From: Alphaproteobacteria bacterium | GTDB lineage: Bacteria; Pseudomonadota; Alphaproteobacteria; Bin95 | DNA: 64,000 bases | Assembly: GCA_963665325.3 (NCBI GenBank) | Contig: OZ224045.1 | Span: 256,001 to 320,000, forward strand | Direction: 5' to 3' | Shown: piece by piece, positions 26,715-36,041 of the stretch | Layout: the number at the start of each line of letters is the position of its first letter | Numbering within the stretch: position 1 is the stretch's first letter | Position numbers and translations under genes: made by a program | Notes under the pieces: generated by a model | Database searches by the model: none | What the model was told of the DNA's origin: nothing | What the model saw: only the letters and a program-made list of their open reading frames with translations

Positions 26715-28802
26715 ATGGCGCGACAGGGCGACAAGAGAGGCAAAGGAAGCGCGGGGCAGCGGCGCCGTGGTGGTCCGAGTCTGCGCAAAGAGCCGGGCGG
26801 CAAAGCCGGCCCCGCCGCGAAGCCGCCGCTTTCGCCCGGTCGAAATCTCCAAGGGAAAGCGGGGACAGCGGCGTCCGGGAGGAAACCGGCGAGGCGAACC
26901 CGCAGCAGGAGAAGAAGATCCGGTGGCGCGTCCGGCGCGCGTCGATCCCTGTGGCGGCGTTTGTTCTCGGGGATTGCGGTCGCCGGCGTATGGGGACTAA
27001 TCGCCCTTATCGCGGTACTCGCCTATTTTTCCTACACCTTGCCCGACGTCGAGCAGGCTGCGGAAAGCGGCCGGCGTCCCGGCATTTTCCTCAACGATGT
27101 GGACGGCAATCCCGTTCTCGCGAAGGGCGACCTTTACGGCGACCCCGTGAATGCGGCCAAGCTGCCTGACTATGTGCCGCGCGCCGTCATCGCAATCGAG
27201 GACCGGCGCTTTTACGACCATAGCGGCATCGACCTGATCGGCCTGGCCCGGGCCTTGTGGGTCAATATCGTCCAGGGAAGCGTGCGCCAGGGTGGCAGTA
27301 CGATTACCCAGCAATTGGCGAAAAACGTCTTCCTCACGCCGGAGCGGTCCATCGAGCGCAAGATTCGCGAGGCGTTGCTCGCATTCTGGCTAGAGTGGCG
27401 TTACGACAAGGACCACATCATTTCGCTATACCTGAACCGGGTCTATTTCGGTTCCGGGGCCTACGGCATCGACGCCGCCGCAAGGCGCTTCTTCTCCAAG
27501 CCGGCCGCCGAACTCGGCCTCTGGGAAGCCGCTGTGCTCGCCGGCCTGCTGAAGGCGCCGAGCCGCCTCTCGCCCGTGGCCAATCCGGCGGGCGCCGGCG
27601 AACGCGGTCGGCTTGTGCTGAGAGCGATGGCCGACGCCGGCTTCATCTCCGCCGAGCGGGCCCAGAAGGCGGCCGCTTCCACCTTGCGGACCAGCGCCGA
27701 ACCCGATGGACGCGGCTATTTCGCGGACTGGGTACTGGGCCAGGTCAACCGGCGCATGGGAATGGTGGACCGGGACCTCCGTATCGCCACGACCTTCGAT
27801 CCCGGCCTGCAACGTCTGGCGGCCGAAACGGTTGACGCAGCGCTGGCGGGCAAGGCCAATCCCTCTCAGGCGGCGCTTGTCGCGATGTCGCCCGATGGCG
27901 CCGTGCGGGCGATGGTAGGCGGAAGGGACTATGGCACGAGCCAATTCAACCGCGCGACGCAGGCGGTCCGCCAGCCGGGCTCGGCCTTCAAATTGTTCGT
28001 ATATATGGCGGCGCTGGAGCGAGGCCTGCATCCGGACGACATGGTGACCGATGCCCGGGTCGATGTGGGCGGCTGGAAGCCGAGGAATTTCGACGGCCGG
28101 TTCCGCGGCTCTGTCCCCATGCGGGAAGCCTTCGCGCAATCGCTGAACGCCGCTGCCGTCCGTCTTGCCGACCGGGCCGGGCGCGCGCGCGTTGCCGAAG
28201 CCGCGCGCCGGCTAGGCATCACCTCGGACCTGGCGCCCGATCTCACCATTGCGCTCGGCTCCAGCGGCGTGAGGCTCATAGAGTTGACCAGCGCCTACGC
28301 CACCTTCGCGAATGGCGGCGCAGGCGTAATCCCGTACGGCGTTCGGGAGATCGAGGGCATATTCCGGCGGGCCGGCACCGGCGCGGGCGAGGCCGTGGCG
28401 CCGGGCGTGGTGGCATCCATGAACGATCTTCTGGCCGCCGTCGTTTCGCAGGGCACCGGCGAGGCCGCCCGGCTTGCCGACCGGCGGTCCGCAGGCAAGA
28501 CAGGCACCAGCCAGTCCTTCCGCGACGCCCTCTTCGTGGGGTTCACCGGGAACCTGGTTGCCGGCGTCTGGGTCGGCAACGACGACGGCACGCCCATGGA
28601 CGAGGTTACGGGCGGCGGACTGCCGGCGCGCATCTGGCACGATTTCATGGCGGCGGCCCATGAAGGCGCACGGGCGCGCCCGATTCCCGGTATCGGCTCG
28701 GGCAGAACGCTCTACCCCTTCCGTCCGAAGATCGGCGGCCGGGCCTCGGCGACATCTGTCGTGCCGTCCGCAGCGCCGCCCGACCCGTCCAACGACCCTT
28801 AG
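26715..28802 (+). CDS. class A penicillin-binding protein (PBP1A family)
   Basis: Transglycosylase EDRRF, GGSTITQQLAKN, RKIRE; transpeptidase SAFK, SLN, KTG. Confidence 0.95.
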   Translation: MARQGDKRGKGSAGQRRRGGPSLRKEPGGKAGPAAKPPLSPGRNLQGKAGTAASGRKPARRTRSRRRRSGGASGARRSLWRRLFSGIAVAGVWGLIALIAVLAYFSYTLPDVEQAAESGRRPGIFLNDVDGNPVLAKGDLYGDPVNAAKLPDYVPRAVIAIEDRRFYDHSGIDLIGLARALWVNIVQGSVRQGGSTITQQLAKNVFLTPERSIERKIREALLAFWLEWRYDKDHIISLYLNRVYFGSGAYGIDAAARRFFSKPAAELGLWEAAVLAGLLKAPSRLSPVANPAGAGERGRLVLRAMADAGFISAERAQKAAASTLRTSAEPDGRGYFADWVLGQVNRRMGMVDRDLRIATTFDPGLQRLAAETVDAALAGKANPSQAALVAMSPDGAVRAMVGGRDYGTSQFNRATQAVRQPGSAFKLFVYMAALERGLHPDDMVTDARVDVGGWKPRNFDGRFRGSVPMREAFAQSLNAAAVRLADRAGRARVAEAARRLGITSDLAPDLTIALGSSGVRLIELTSAYATFANGGAGVIPYGVREIEGIFRRAGTGAGEAVAPGVVASMNDLLAAVVSQGTGEAARLADRRSAGKTGTSQSFRDALFVGFTGNLVAGVWVGNDDGTPMDEVTGGGLPARIWHDFMAAAHEGARARPIPGIGSGRTLYPFRPKIGGRASATSVVPSAAPPDPSNDP

Positions 28803-28821
28803 CCCGCATTTCTGGCGAAGG

Positions 28822-29796
28822 TCATGGTCCCCGCGCGGCGCCGGGTCGTTGTCCCCTGCCCTCGTTCAGCCTGGCCAGAATGCGCTCCTCGAGCGGTGTC
28901 CAATCGTCGGCGGGTATTCGGCCTGCCTCGGACAAGGTCTTGAAGATCTCCGCAAATCTCGTGTCGAGGTCGACCGCCGGCGCCCATGAGAACGCGTTCG
29001 AAAATGCGGTTGGATCGGCCGTGCAATGCACATCGTGGAACGGGAACCATTCCCTTGCTCTTGCATCGCCGTTGGCGGTTCCGACGCATCTGATCTCGAC
29101 CTCGCGGCCCGCAGCCCCGGCCAACCTGTGCACCAGATCGGTCGTGGCAATCATTTGAGGATCGGCGACATTGAAGGCGCGAAAGCCCTGAGGGGCATGT
29201 CGCAGCCATGCGCATACGGCCGTGCCAAGGTCATCCTCATGCACGAACTGGCACCACGCGTTCCCTGACCCCGGTACAAGCACAGGGCGGCCGGCGAGAA
29301 TCCGGCGGAAGAACCAGGTTTCACGGTCGAGATTGTTGTTCGGCCCGCAGATATAAGGAGGGCGCAAGGCCGTCGCGGCAGCGAACCCGCCAGCGGCATA
29401 TACATGTTCGACCTCGGTCTTGCCCCGACCGTAGTCCGCCCATGCCGCCGCGCCGCCGATGGGCTCGGTTTCGGTCGGCGGTTGACGGACATTGTCGGCA
29501 TAGACCGCCACGCTGGTGACGACCACTGCGGTCGCGACGCGCCCGCCCAGTGCCTCGATCAGGATTTCGGCCTGCCGCGGGGTATAGCAGTTCGTATCCA
29601 CAACCGCGTCGAACCGCCGGTCCCCAAGGGCGGCCGTCACCGCAGACGGGTCATTCCGGTCAGCGGTCAGTTGGGTCGTGCCCGCGATCGGACGCGACCC
29701 GCGGTTCAACAGGGACAGGTCGTGTCCTTCCGCAAGCAGCGCCCGCACGATGGCGTGGCCGACGAAGCCCGATCCCCCGATGACAAGTATGTTCAT
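28822..29796 (-). CDS. NAD-dependent epimerase/dehydratase family protein
   Basis: GGSGFVG, NRG, YGRGK, LRPPYICG. Confidence 0.88.
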   Translation of the reverse strand: MNILVIGGSGFVGHAIVRALLAEGHDLSLLNRGSRPIAGTTQLTADRNDPSAVTAALGDRRFDAVVDTNCYTPRQAEILIEALGGRVATAVVVTSVAVYADNVRQPPTETEPIGGAAAWADYGRGKTEVEHVYAAGGFAAATALRPPYICGPNNNLDRETWFFRRILAGRPVLVPGSGNAWCQFVHEDDLGTAVCAWLRHAPQGFRAFNVADPQMIATTDLVHRLAGAAGREVEIRCVGTANGDARAREWFPFHDVHCTADPTAFSNAFSWAPAVDLDTRFAEIFKTLSEAGRIPADDWTPLEERILARLNEGRGQRPGAARGP

Positions 29797-30419
29797 CCCG
29801 CAGGGAGCGTGGCGGCGCGGAAGCGGTCCTTGGCGAGGGCAGCGTCCAGGGAACGCTTGACTGCCGGCGGCCCCGTCTCGGGCGTCACCTTGAGCAGGAC
29901 GAACGACGTGCCGTTGGCCTCACGGAGCAGCCGGCCCGCTTCCTCGATCTCATCGGATTCGGATACCGAGCGAACCGCCGGGACTCCGGCCCCCGACGCC
30001 ATCGCGGCGAGGTCCACGCCCAGCGAGGTGTGGCTCTTCTGGTAGCCCGTCTCGCCGTAATGGCCGTTATCGACGCAGACGATGGAGAGGTTGGGCGGAT
30101 TCAAGATCGCGACGGTGGCGAGCGAGCCGACATTCATCAGTAATTCTCCGTCGCCCGTCAGCACCAGAATCCGGCGGTCCGGCCGGGCGAGCGCGAGGCC
30201 CAGTCCCATGGCGACCGCACCGCCCATGACGCCTGCGCAGGCGAAATAGTTGGCCTCCGGCTCGCACATGGATGCCGTGTCCCTTGCCGTGCCAGCGAGC
30301 CCGGCGACGATCAACCAGTCCTGCGCGTTGCCGACGAGCGCCGGCACGGCCTCGCGCCTGTCCAGGGTGCCGACGGGACTCATCTCGGCCGCAGTCCCGG
30401 CCCGGAATATCTCATTCAT
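29793..30419 (-). CDS. ThDP-dependent decarboxylase beta subunit (ComE/Ppd-like)
   Basis: MGGAVAMGLGLALA, GDGELLMN...DNGHYGETG ThDP motif. Confidence 0.82.
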   Translation of the reverse strand: MNEIFRAGTAAEMSPVGTLDRREAVPALVGNAQDWLIVAGLAGTARDTASMCEPEANYFACAGVMGGAVAMGLGLALARPDRRILVLTGDGELLMNVGSLATVAILNPPNLSIVCVDNGHYGETGYQKSHTSLGVDLAAMASGAGVPAVRSVSESDEIEEAGRLLREANGTSFVLLKVTPETGPPAVKRSLDAALAKDRFRAATLPAG

Positions 30420-30435
30420 CGCTTCCATTTCCCCG

Positions 30436-30942
30436 TCAAAACGCCTTGGCGCCAATCAATTTCTGGGTCAGCAACACGCCCACCGCCTGCCCGGACTTGA
30501 AGACCATGGTGCAGGCTGCCCGCATCGCGCCCTCGACATCCTCCGGCCGGTCGATTCGCACGGTGATGAAGCCCATCGCCTCCATCACGGGCTCCACCGC
30601 TTGTCCCATCGGCATCTGCCAGGGGTTGCCCTCGCCGAAATCGCCGCGCATCGACACCAGCACCAGCATCGGAAAGAGGCCGTTCTTCACCAGCGAGAAC
30701 ATGTTGACGCAATTGCCGATGCCGGAGGACTGCATCGCCGCAACCCCGCGCGCGCCGCCGAGATGGGCGCCAGCGAGCATGGCAATCCCTTCCTCCTCCG
30801 TGGTCAGCGGCACGGAGTGCATCTCGGGGTCCTCCAGAGACTTGTCGATCAACACCCGGTGGCCGGCGTCCGGCACATAGTTCACCTGGCTGACCTCGAA
30901 CTCCTTGAGGACCCGGTAAAGGTCCTCCTGCCAATCCGTCAT
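30436..30942 (-). CDS. ThDP-dependent decarboxylase alpha subunit (ComD/Ppd-like)
   Basis: YVPD, TEEEGIAMLAGA, MQSSGIGN, RG..GE.NPWQ. Confidence 0.85.
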   Translation of the reverse strand: MTDWQEDLYRVLKEFEVSQVNYVPDAGHRVLIDKSLEDPEMHSVPLTTEEEGIAMLAGAHLGGARGVAAMQSSGIGNCVNMFSLVKNGLFPMLVLVSMRGDFGEGNPWQMPMGQAVEPVMEAMGFITVRIDRPEDVEGAMRAACTMVFKSGQAVGVLLTQKLIGAKAF

Positions 30943-30970
30943 CGTTTCATGTCCTCTCCGGGAGAAGGGC

Positions 30971-31939
30971 TCACAACTGCGCGCGAACCGCCGCCGCAAT
31001 GCCGTCCGGCCCCACGCGCAACATGTCTTCGAGCGGCTTTGCGTAAGGGATCGGGACGCGCGGCGCGCCGAGCCGCTTCACCGGTGCCTTCAGGCTGCCG
31101 AACAGCGCTTCCGAGACGGTTGCGGCGACCTCAGCCCCGAAGCCGCCCACCGAAACCGCTTCATGCGCCACCACCAGCCGCCCTGTCCTGCGCACGGAGG
31201 CCAGCACCGTCTCGCGGTCCCAGGGCCAGAGCGTGCGCAGGTCGATGACCTCCACCGACACGCCCTCCTCCGCAAGTGCCTCGGCCGCAGCATCGGCATT
31301 GCGGACCATGGCGGACCAGGAAACCACGGTTGCGTCGCTGCCCTCGCGGACGATCCGCGCGGTGCCTAGCGCGTCGGGCGGCTCGTCCTCGCCGAGCTCC
31401 TCCTCGATCCCCCACAGGTCCTTGTGTTCCATATAGACGACAGGATCGTCGCTGCGGATGGCGGCCTTCAGCAGGCGCAGATTGTCTCTGGGCGTCGCCG
31501 GCGTGACCACGGTCAGGCCCGGAATATGCACATACCAGGCTTCCAGCGACTGCGAGTGCTGCGCGGCGGAAGACCGCCACATGCCCATCGGCTCGCGGAC
31601 GACCAGCGGCACACCGCCCTGCCCGCCGAACATGTAGCGGGCTTTAGCCGCCTGGTTCACAAGCTCGTCCACGGCGCAGAGCGCGAAATCGGCGAAACGC
31701 ATCTCCACCACAGGGCGCGTTCCCGCCAACGCGGCCCCGACCGAGGCTCCGAGAATCGCGGCTTCGGAAATCGGCGCGTCCGATATCCTGAGCGGCCCGA
31801 ACTCCTCGACCATGCCCGCATACTGTCCGAACACGCCGCCGCGCCCGAGGTCCTCGCCGACTGCCCACACGGTCGGATCGCGGCGCATCTCCTCGGCGAG
31901 CGCCCGCCGTCCAGCCTCCATATAGGTGGTCGTCACCAT
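30971..31939 (-). CDS. 2-oxoacid/acetoin dehydrogenase E1 beta subunit
   Basis: GEDL, DAPISE, PVVEMRFADF, AAQHSQ, EVIDLRTL. Confidence 0.92.
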   Translation of the reverse strand: MVTTTYMEAGRRALAEEMRRDPTVWAVGEDLGRGGVFGQYAGMVEEFGPLRISDAPISEAAILGASVGAALAGTRPVVEMRFADFALCAVDELVNQAAKARYMFGGQGGVPLVVREPMGMWRSSAAQHSQSLEAWYVHIPGLTVVTPATPRDNLRLLKAAIRSDDPVVYMEHKDLWGIEEELGEDEPPDALGTARIVREGSDATVVSWSAMVRNADAAAEALAEEGVSVEVIDLRTLWPWDRETVLASVRRTGRLVVAHEAVSVGGFGAEVAATVSEALFGSLKAPVKRLGAPRVPIPYAKPLEDMLRVGPDGIAAAVRAQL

Positions 31940-32943
31940 CGGAATACTGCCTCGCGCGGGTCGCCCACATCTTGCACATCCGCATAGAGGGCCGCCGTCT
32001 CCGGCCATGGCGCGGCCCTGGCCTCCTCATAGGCGGCTTGCATCTCCGCGACCGCAGCCTCGCGGTGGCCGGCAAGCGTCTCATCGCCTATGCCGTGGGT
32101 CCGCAAACTCGCCGCTGCGCGGGCGACCGGGTCGTCCTTCCAGCGCTCCTCGACTTCCCCGGCGTCGCGGTAGGCGGCCTTGTCCACGGCCGTGTGGCCG
32201 GTCAGCCGCCAGGTCTTCGCCCAGAGGAATTGCGGCCCGCCGCCCTCCAGGATTCGCTCACGCAATTCCGTCGTCACTTCCGCCACACGGTCCACATCGT
32301 TGCCGTCCACGGCACGCGAGGGAATGCCCAAGGACTCGGCGCGCGCCGCCGGTCCGGGGCCTCCCGTCATCGCCTCCGTTCGCGTCGTCGCGGCGAAGGC
32401 ATTGTCCTCGCACACGAACAGCACAGGCAGGTCGAACACCCGCGCCCAGTTCAAGCCTTCCAGGAAGGGCCCGCGATTGACCGCGCCGTCGCCGAAGATG
32501 CAGCAGACGATGCGCCGTTCGCCGCGCAGCCGGATGGCATGGGCCGCGCCGGCGGCGATGTTGATATTCGCTCCGACGACCCCGTTGGCGCCGAGCATCC
32601 CGACCGAGAAGTCGGCAATGTGCATGGAGCCGCCCTTGCCGCCACAATTGCCGCCGTCCCGCCCGAAAAGCTCGCGCATCATGGCGATGGCCGACGCGCC
32701 CTTCTCCAGCGTGTGACCGTGTCCGCGATGGGTACTTAGCAGCAGGTCATCCCGCGCGAGGCTGCCGACCACACCTACCGCGCAAGCCTCCTGGCCGATG
32801 GAGGGATGGATAGCGCCCAGCACCAGCCCTTCCTCCAGCGCGGCGACGGCCTGCTCCTCGAAGGCCCGGATGCGGTGCATCCGCCGATGCCGGTCCGCCA
32901 GCCGTTCGAGATCGAGATCGAGATTGGGCCGCAGGCCGCTCAT
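31933..32943 (-). CDS. 2-oxoacid/acetoin dehydrogenase E1 alpha subunit
   Basis: GQEA, STHRGHGH, GKGGSMH, FGDGAVN...EDN. Confidence 0.92.
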   Translation of the reverse strand: MSGLRPNLDLDLERLADRHRRMHRIRAFEEQAVAALEEGLVLGAIHPSIGQEACAVGVVGSLARDDLLLSTHRGHGHTLEKGASAIAMMRELFGRDGGNCGGKGGSMHIADFSVGMLGANGVVGANINIAAGAAHAIRLRGERRIVCCIFGDGAVNRGPFLEGLNWARVFDLPVLFVCEDNAFAATTRTEAMTGGPGPAARAESLGIPSRAVDGNDVDRVAEVTTELRERILEGGGPQFLWAKTWRLTGHTAVDKAAYRDAGEVEERWKDDPVARAAASLRTHGIGDETLAGHREAAVAEMQAAYEEARAAPWPETAALYADVQDVGDPREAVFRW

Positions 32944-32964
32944 GGCCGACCGTCCCCCCGGAAA

Positions 32965-33325
32965 TTGTCATGAAATGTCATGTTTTGTCATGTTCCGCTG
33001 TTGCGGCGGCCTTTCCTCCATCGCGTTTCGTTCCCTCCGCGCTCCTGCTCGCCGGGCCGGGACGCGGACCCTGTTCCGCGCGTATCGCGTGCGCGCCCGG
33101 GCGCGCGTGTCGCGCCGGCGCGGTTCGCGCACCTGATTGCGCCCGCGCGCGAGGCGAACGCAGGACACACTTCTCCCCTCCGTTTCTTCGGGGTTTTTTC
33201 GCGGCGGCGCGAAAGGGAAGGAAGCGGTCCGCGCGGATGCCACTTCCTCTCTCGCTGCCCAATATTGGCACGAATGTTCCTGGAGTCAAGCCCATGAAGG
33301 AATTAAATCTGAATTTGTGAACGAA
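32965..33325 (-). repeat. dispersed ~350-bp structured intergenic element, copy B
   Basis: Same ordered blocks as 14587-14970; GTCATG at 32967, 32977, 32987. Confidence 0.85.
33261..33290 (-). promoter_or_regulatory. sigma70-like promoter of repeat copy B
   Basis: Minus strand CTTGAC-N17-CAATAT (equivalently TTGACT-N17-AATATT); AT-rich tract 33300-33320 upstream. Confidence 0.6.
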
Positions 33326-33343
33326 CAGCCTGCACGGCCCCCT

Positions 33344-33376
33344 CCGTCATGCCCGGAAAAAGTTCGGGCATGACGG
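33344..33376. terminator. 12-bp perfect inverted repeat (REP-like hairpin / possible terminator of the acyl-CoA dehydrogenase gene)
   Basis: CCGTCATGCCCG-N9-CGGGCATGACGG, 35 bp downstream of the stop at 33411; no clear U-tract. Confidence 0.55.
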
Positions 33377-33410
33377 GAAGACGGCCGGGGCAATAGATGC
33401 GGGGGCCGGT

Positions 33411-34592
33411 TCAAAGACCCAGGACCCGCTTCGAGATGATGTTGCGCTGGATCTCGTTGGAGCCGGCGAAGATCGTGTGCTTGCGGTCGTTGAAATATTT
33501 CGCGGCAAGCGCGTTGGCGTAATCGGGACCGACGGGCTCCTCGTTCCAGCCATGCTCCATGGCCTCGATCTGGTAGGGATTGGCGTCGTAGGCCGCGGCT
33601 TCCATCTTGAGCTCGGAGAGGCGCTGCTGGATTTCGGTCCGGCGGATCTTGATCATCGACGATTCGGCGCCGATCTCCTTGTCCGCCGAAACGGCGGCGA
33701 GCATGCGGAGCATCTGCATCTCCAGCGTCTGGAGCTCGATCTCGACCTCCGCGACCTTGCGCATGAAGGTCCCGTCGCGGTCCAGCCCCTGGTCCGCCGC
33801 GATCTCCTTGAGCGAGCGCAGCCCGTTCTTCTGGGAGCCGAGCGCGCCGCCGCCCATGCGCTCGTGGCCCAGCAGGTATTTGGCGATCGTCCAGCCCTGG
33901 TCCACCTCGCCGACAAGGTTCTCGCGCGGCACGACAACGTCGGTGAAGAACACCTCGTTGACCTCATGCAGCCCCTCGAGGGTGATGAGCGGCTTCACCT
34001 CGATGCCGGGCGTGGCCATGTCGATCAGGACGAAGGAGATGCCCTCCTGCCGCTTGCCGGCGCTGGAGGTGCGCACGAGGCAGAAGATCCAGTTCGCCCA
34101 GTGGGCGGCGGTGGTCCAGATCTTCTGGCCGTTGATGACGAGGCGGTCGTCATGCACCACGCAGCGGGTCTTGAGTGCGGCGAGGTCGGAGCCGGCGCCT
34201 GGCTCGGAATAGCCCTGGCAGTAGATGCGCTCGCCGGAGAGGATGCGCGGCAGGTTGTCCCGCTTCTGCTCCTCGGTGCCGAAGGCCATCAGCACCGGTC
34301 CGCACATGGAGAGGCCGAAGGGGATCGGGCGGGGCGCGTTGGCGAGCGCCTGCTCCTCGTCCCAGATGTATTTCTGCGTCACCGTCCAGCCAGGCCCGCC
34401 CCATTCCTCGGGCCAGTTGGGCGCGATCCACCCCTTGTCGTACAGTTCCCGGTGCCAGGCCATCACCTCATCGAGCGTCGGCTGTATGCCGAGCCCGACC
34501 TTGCGCGCCACATCGCCCGGCAGCGTCTCGGCCAGGAAGGAACGGCACTCGTCGCGAAAGGCTTCGTCTTCGGGGGCGAAATTGAGGTCCAT
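33411..34592 (-). CDS. acyl-CoA dehydrogenase (PimC-like)
   Basis: CQGYSEPGAGSDLA, NGQKIWTT, NEVFFTDV, TIFAGSNEIQRNII. Confidence 0.93.
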   Translation of the reverse strand: MDLNFAPEDEAFRDECRSFLAETLPGDVARKVGLGIQPTLDEVMAWHRELYDKGWIAPNWPEEWGGPGWTVTQKYIWDEEQALANAPRPIPFGLSMCGPVLMAFGTEEQKRDNLPRILSGERIYCQGYSEPGAGSDLAALKTRCVVHDDRLVINGQKIWTTAAHWANWIFCLVRTSSAGKRQEGISFVLIDMATPGIEVKPLITLEGLHEVNEVFFTDVVVPRENLVGEVDQGWTIAKYLLGHERMGGGALGSQKNGLRSLKEIAADQGLDRDGTFMRKVAEVEIELQTLEMQMLRMLAAVSADKEIGAESSMIKIRRTEIQQRLSELKMEAAAYDANPYQIEAMEHGWNEEPVGPDYANALAAKYFNDRKHTIFAGSNEIQRNIISKRVLGL

Positions 34593-34674
34593 CAGGCAGC
34601 GTCCCGGCTCACGTCGAACTCGCCCGAACGCTATGGCCCCCCGCCCCGGATTGCAAGGCGGCGGGGGCGGACGC

Positions 34675-35616
34675 CTACCCCTTGCGGGAGAAGCGGCCTC
34701 GGGAGGCTTCGTAGGCGCCGAAGAGGGCGAGGGCGAGGGCCAGCGGCATGAGGAAATAGATGACGCGGTAGGTGATGATGCCTGCCGCCACGACGTGGGT
34801 CGGGACGGTTTCGGGCATCAGCACCAGCAGCACGGTCTCGAACACGCCGAGCCCGCCCGGCACATGGCTGATATAGCCGGCCATGTAGGCCAGCACATAG
34901 ACGGCGACGAAATGCCAGTAGGGCATGCCGAAGTCCGGCGGCAGCACGAGATAGAGTACGGCGCTGGTGAACACCCATTCGAGGATGCCGACGCAGAACT
35001 GGATCAGCCCGTGCCTGATTTTCGGCGGCGTCACCTCGCGCTCACCGACGCGGACGACCGGCTTGCCGCGGAGGCACCACAGGACATAGAGCGCACCGCA
35101 CAGCACCCAGACGGCTGCAACGGCGCGGATGAAGCCGGTGTCGAGTTCCAGCGCATCGGCAAGCGCCGCCGCATTGGAGAGCGTCAGCAGGCCGCCCACG
35201 GAGAGAGCGCAGAGGTAATAGACAATGCCGGCATAGAGGACGACGCGGGCAACGTCGCCGGGGGGAACGTCCCAGTCCGTATAGAACCGGAAGCGGACCG
35301 CGCCGCCGGTCAGCGCGCCGAAACCGAGATTATGGCTGAAGGCGTAGGAAATTGAGGAGACGAAAGCGACCCGGCCGAACGGCATGCGCCGCCCGATATA
35401 GCGGAAGGCCGTGTGGTCGTAGGCCGCCAGCACGAGATAGGCGGCAAAGGTTGCCGCCACGGCCGCCAAGATTCGCAGCAGCGGGATCGCTTCGAGCTGG
35501 CGGCCGAGCTCGTCCCACCGGAGGTCGCGCAACTGCCAGGTCAGCGCCCAGACGGCGGCGGCGAACACCGCTATCGCGGCGCAGACGACGATATATTGCC
35601 AGAAGCGTTTCTGCAC
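34675..35616 (-). CDS. lysylphosphatidylglycerol synthase TM/flippase-like membrane protein (MprF N-terminal type)
   Basis: GGAVRFRFY, SHVPGGLGVFE, YRVIYFLMPL; no C-terminal synthase domain. Confidence 0.83.
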   Translation of the reverse strand: MQKRFWQYIVVCAAIAVFAAAVWALTWQLRDLRWDELGRQLEAIPLLRILAAVAATFAAYLVLAAYDHTAFRYIGRRMPFGRVAFVSSISYAFSHNLGFGALTGGAVRFRFYTDWDVPPGDVARVVLYAGIVYYLCALSVGGLLTLSNAAALADALELDTGFIRAVAAVWVLCGALYVLWCLRGKPVVRVGEREVTPPKIRHGLIQFCVGILEWVFTSAVLYLVLPPDFGMPYWHFVAVYVLAYMAGYISHVPGGLGVFETVLLVLMPETVPTHVVAAGIITYRVIYFLMPLALALALFGAYEASRGRFSRKG

Positions 35617-35623
35617 CGCGCCT

Positions 35624-36031
35624 TCAGCCGGCCGGGCGGAACTTCGGGATCGTCAGCTCTTCCGAGACCTTGTCGAAGAACGCCTCGACCTGCTGGCCGA
35701 TATGGACCGCCCCGATATCGTCGGTCACAAGGTTGCTCACGATGCGGGCGCCCTCGTCCAACGTCACGCAGGCCACGACATAGGGCGTCTCGTCCCGGAA
35801 TGCCGGACCTGCCGGCGCATGGCAGACGGTGAAAGAATAAACGGTCCCGGCTCCCGTTGCTTCGATCCACTGGATATCGGTCTCGTCGGCGCCCGGCGCA
35901 AGGCGGCGCGAATAAAGGAAGCAGCGGCCGGTCCTGCCGCAACGCTGGATCATCAGGCGGCCTTCGCGGGCGCCGCTCCAGTAGGGTTCCGACTCGGCAT
36001 CGACGGCAGGCACCGGCTTCTCGTAGGTCAT
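35624..36031 (-). CDS. DUF35 OB-fold protein
   Basis: PYWSGAREGRLMIQRC, GTVYSFT, PYVVACVTLDEGARI, PKFRP. Confidence 0.88.
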   Translation of the reverse strand: MTYEKPVPAVDAESEPYWSGAREGRLMIQRCGRTGRCFLYSRRLAPGADETDIQWIEATGAGTVYSFTVCHAPAGPAFRDETPYVVACVTLDEGARIVSNLVTDDIGAVHIGQQVEAFFDKVSEELTIPKFRPAG

Positions 36032-36041
36032 GGCCGGGACT

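Noticed and set aside
32906-32924. (TCGAGA)x3 microrepeat
   Set aside because: Encodes LDLDLE in the E1-alpha N-terminus; in frame and unremarkable
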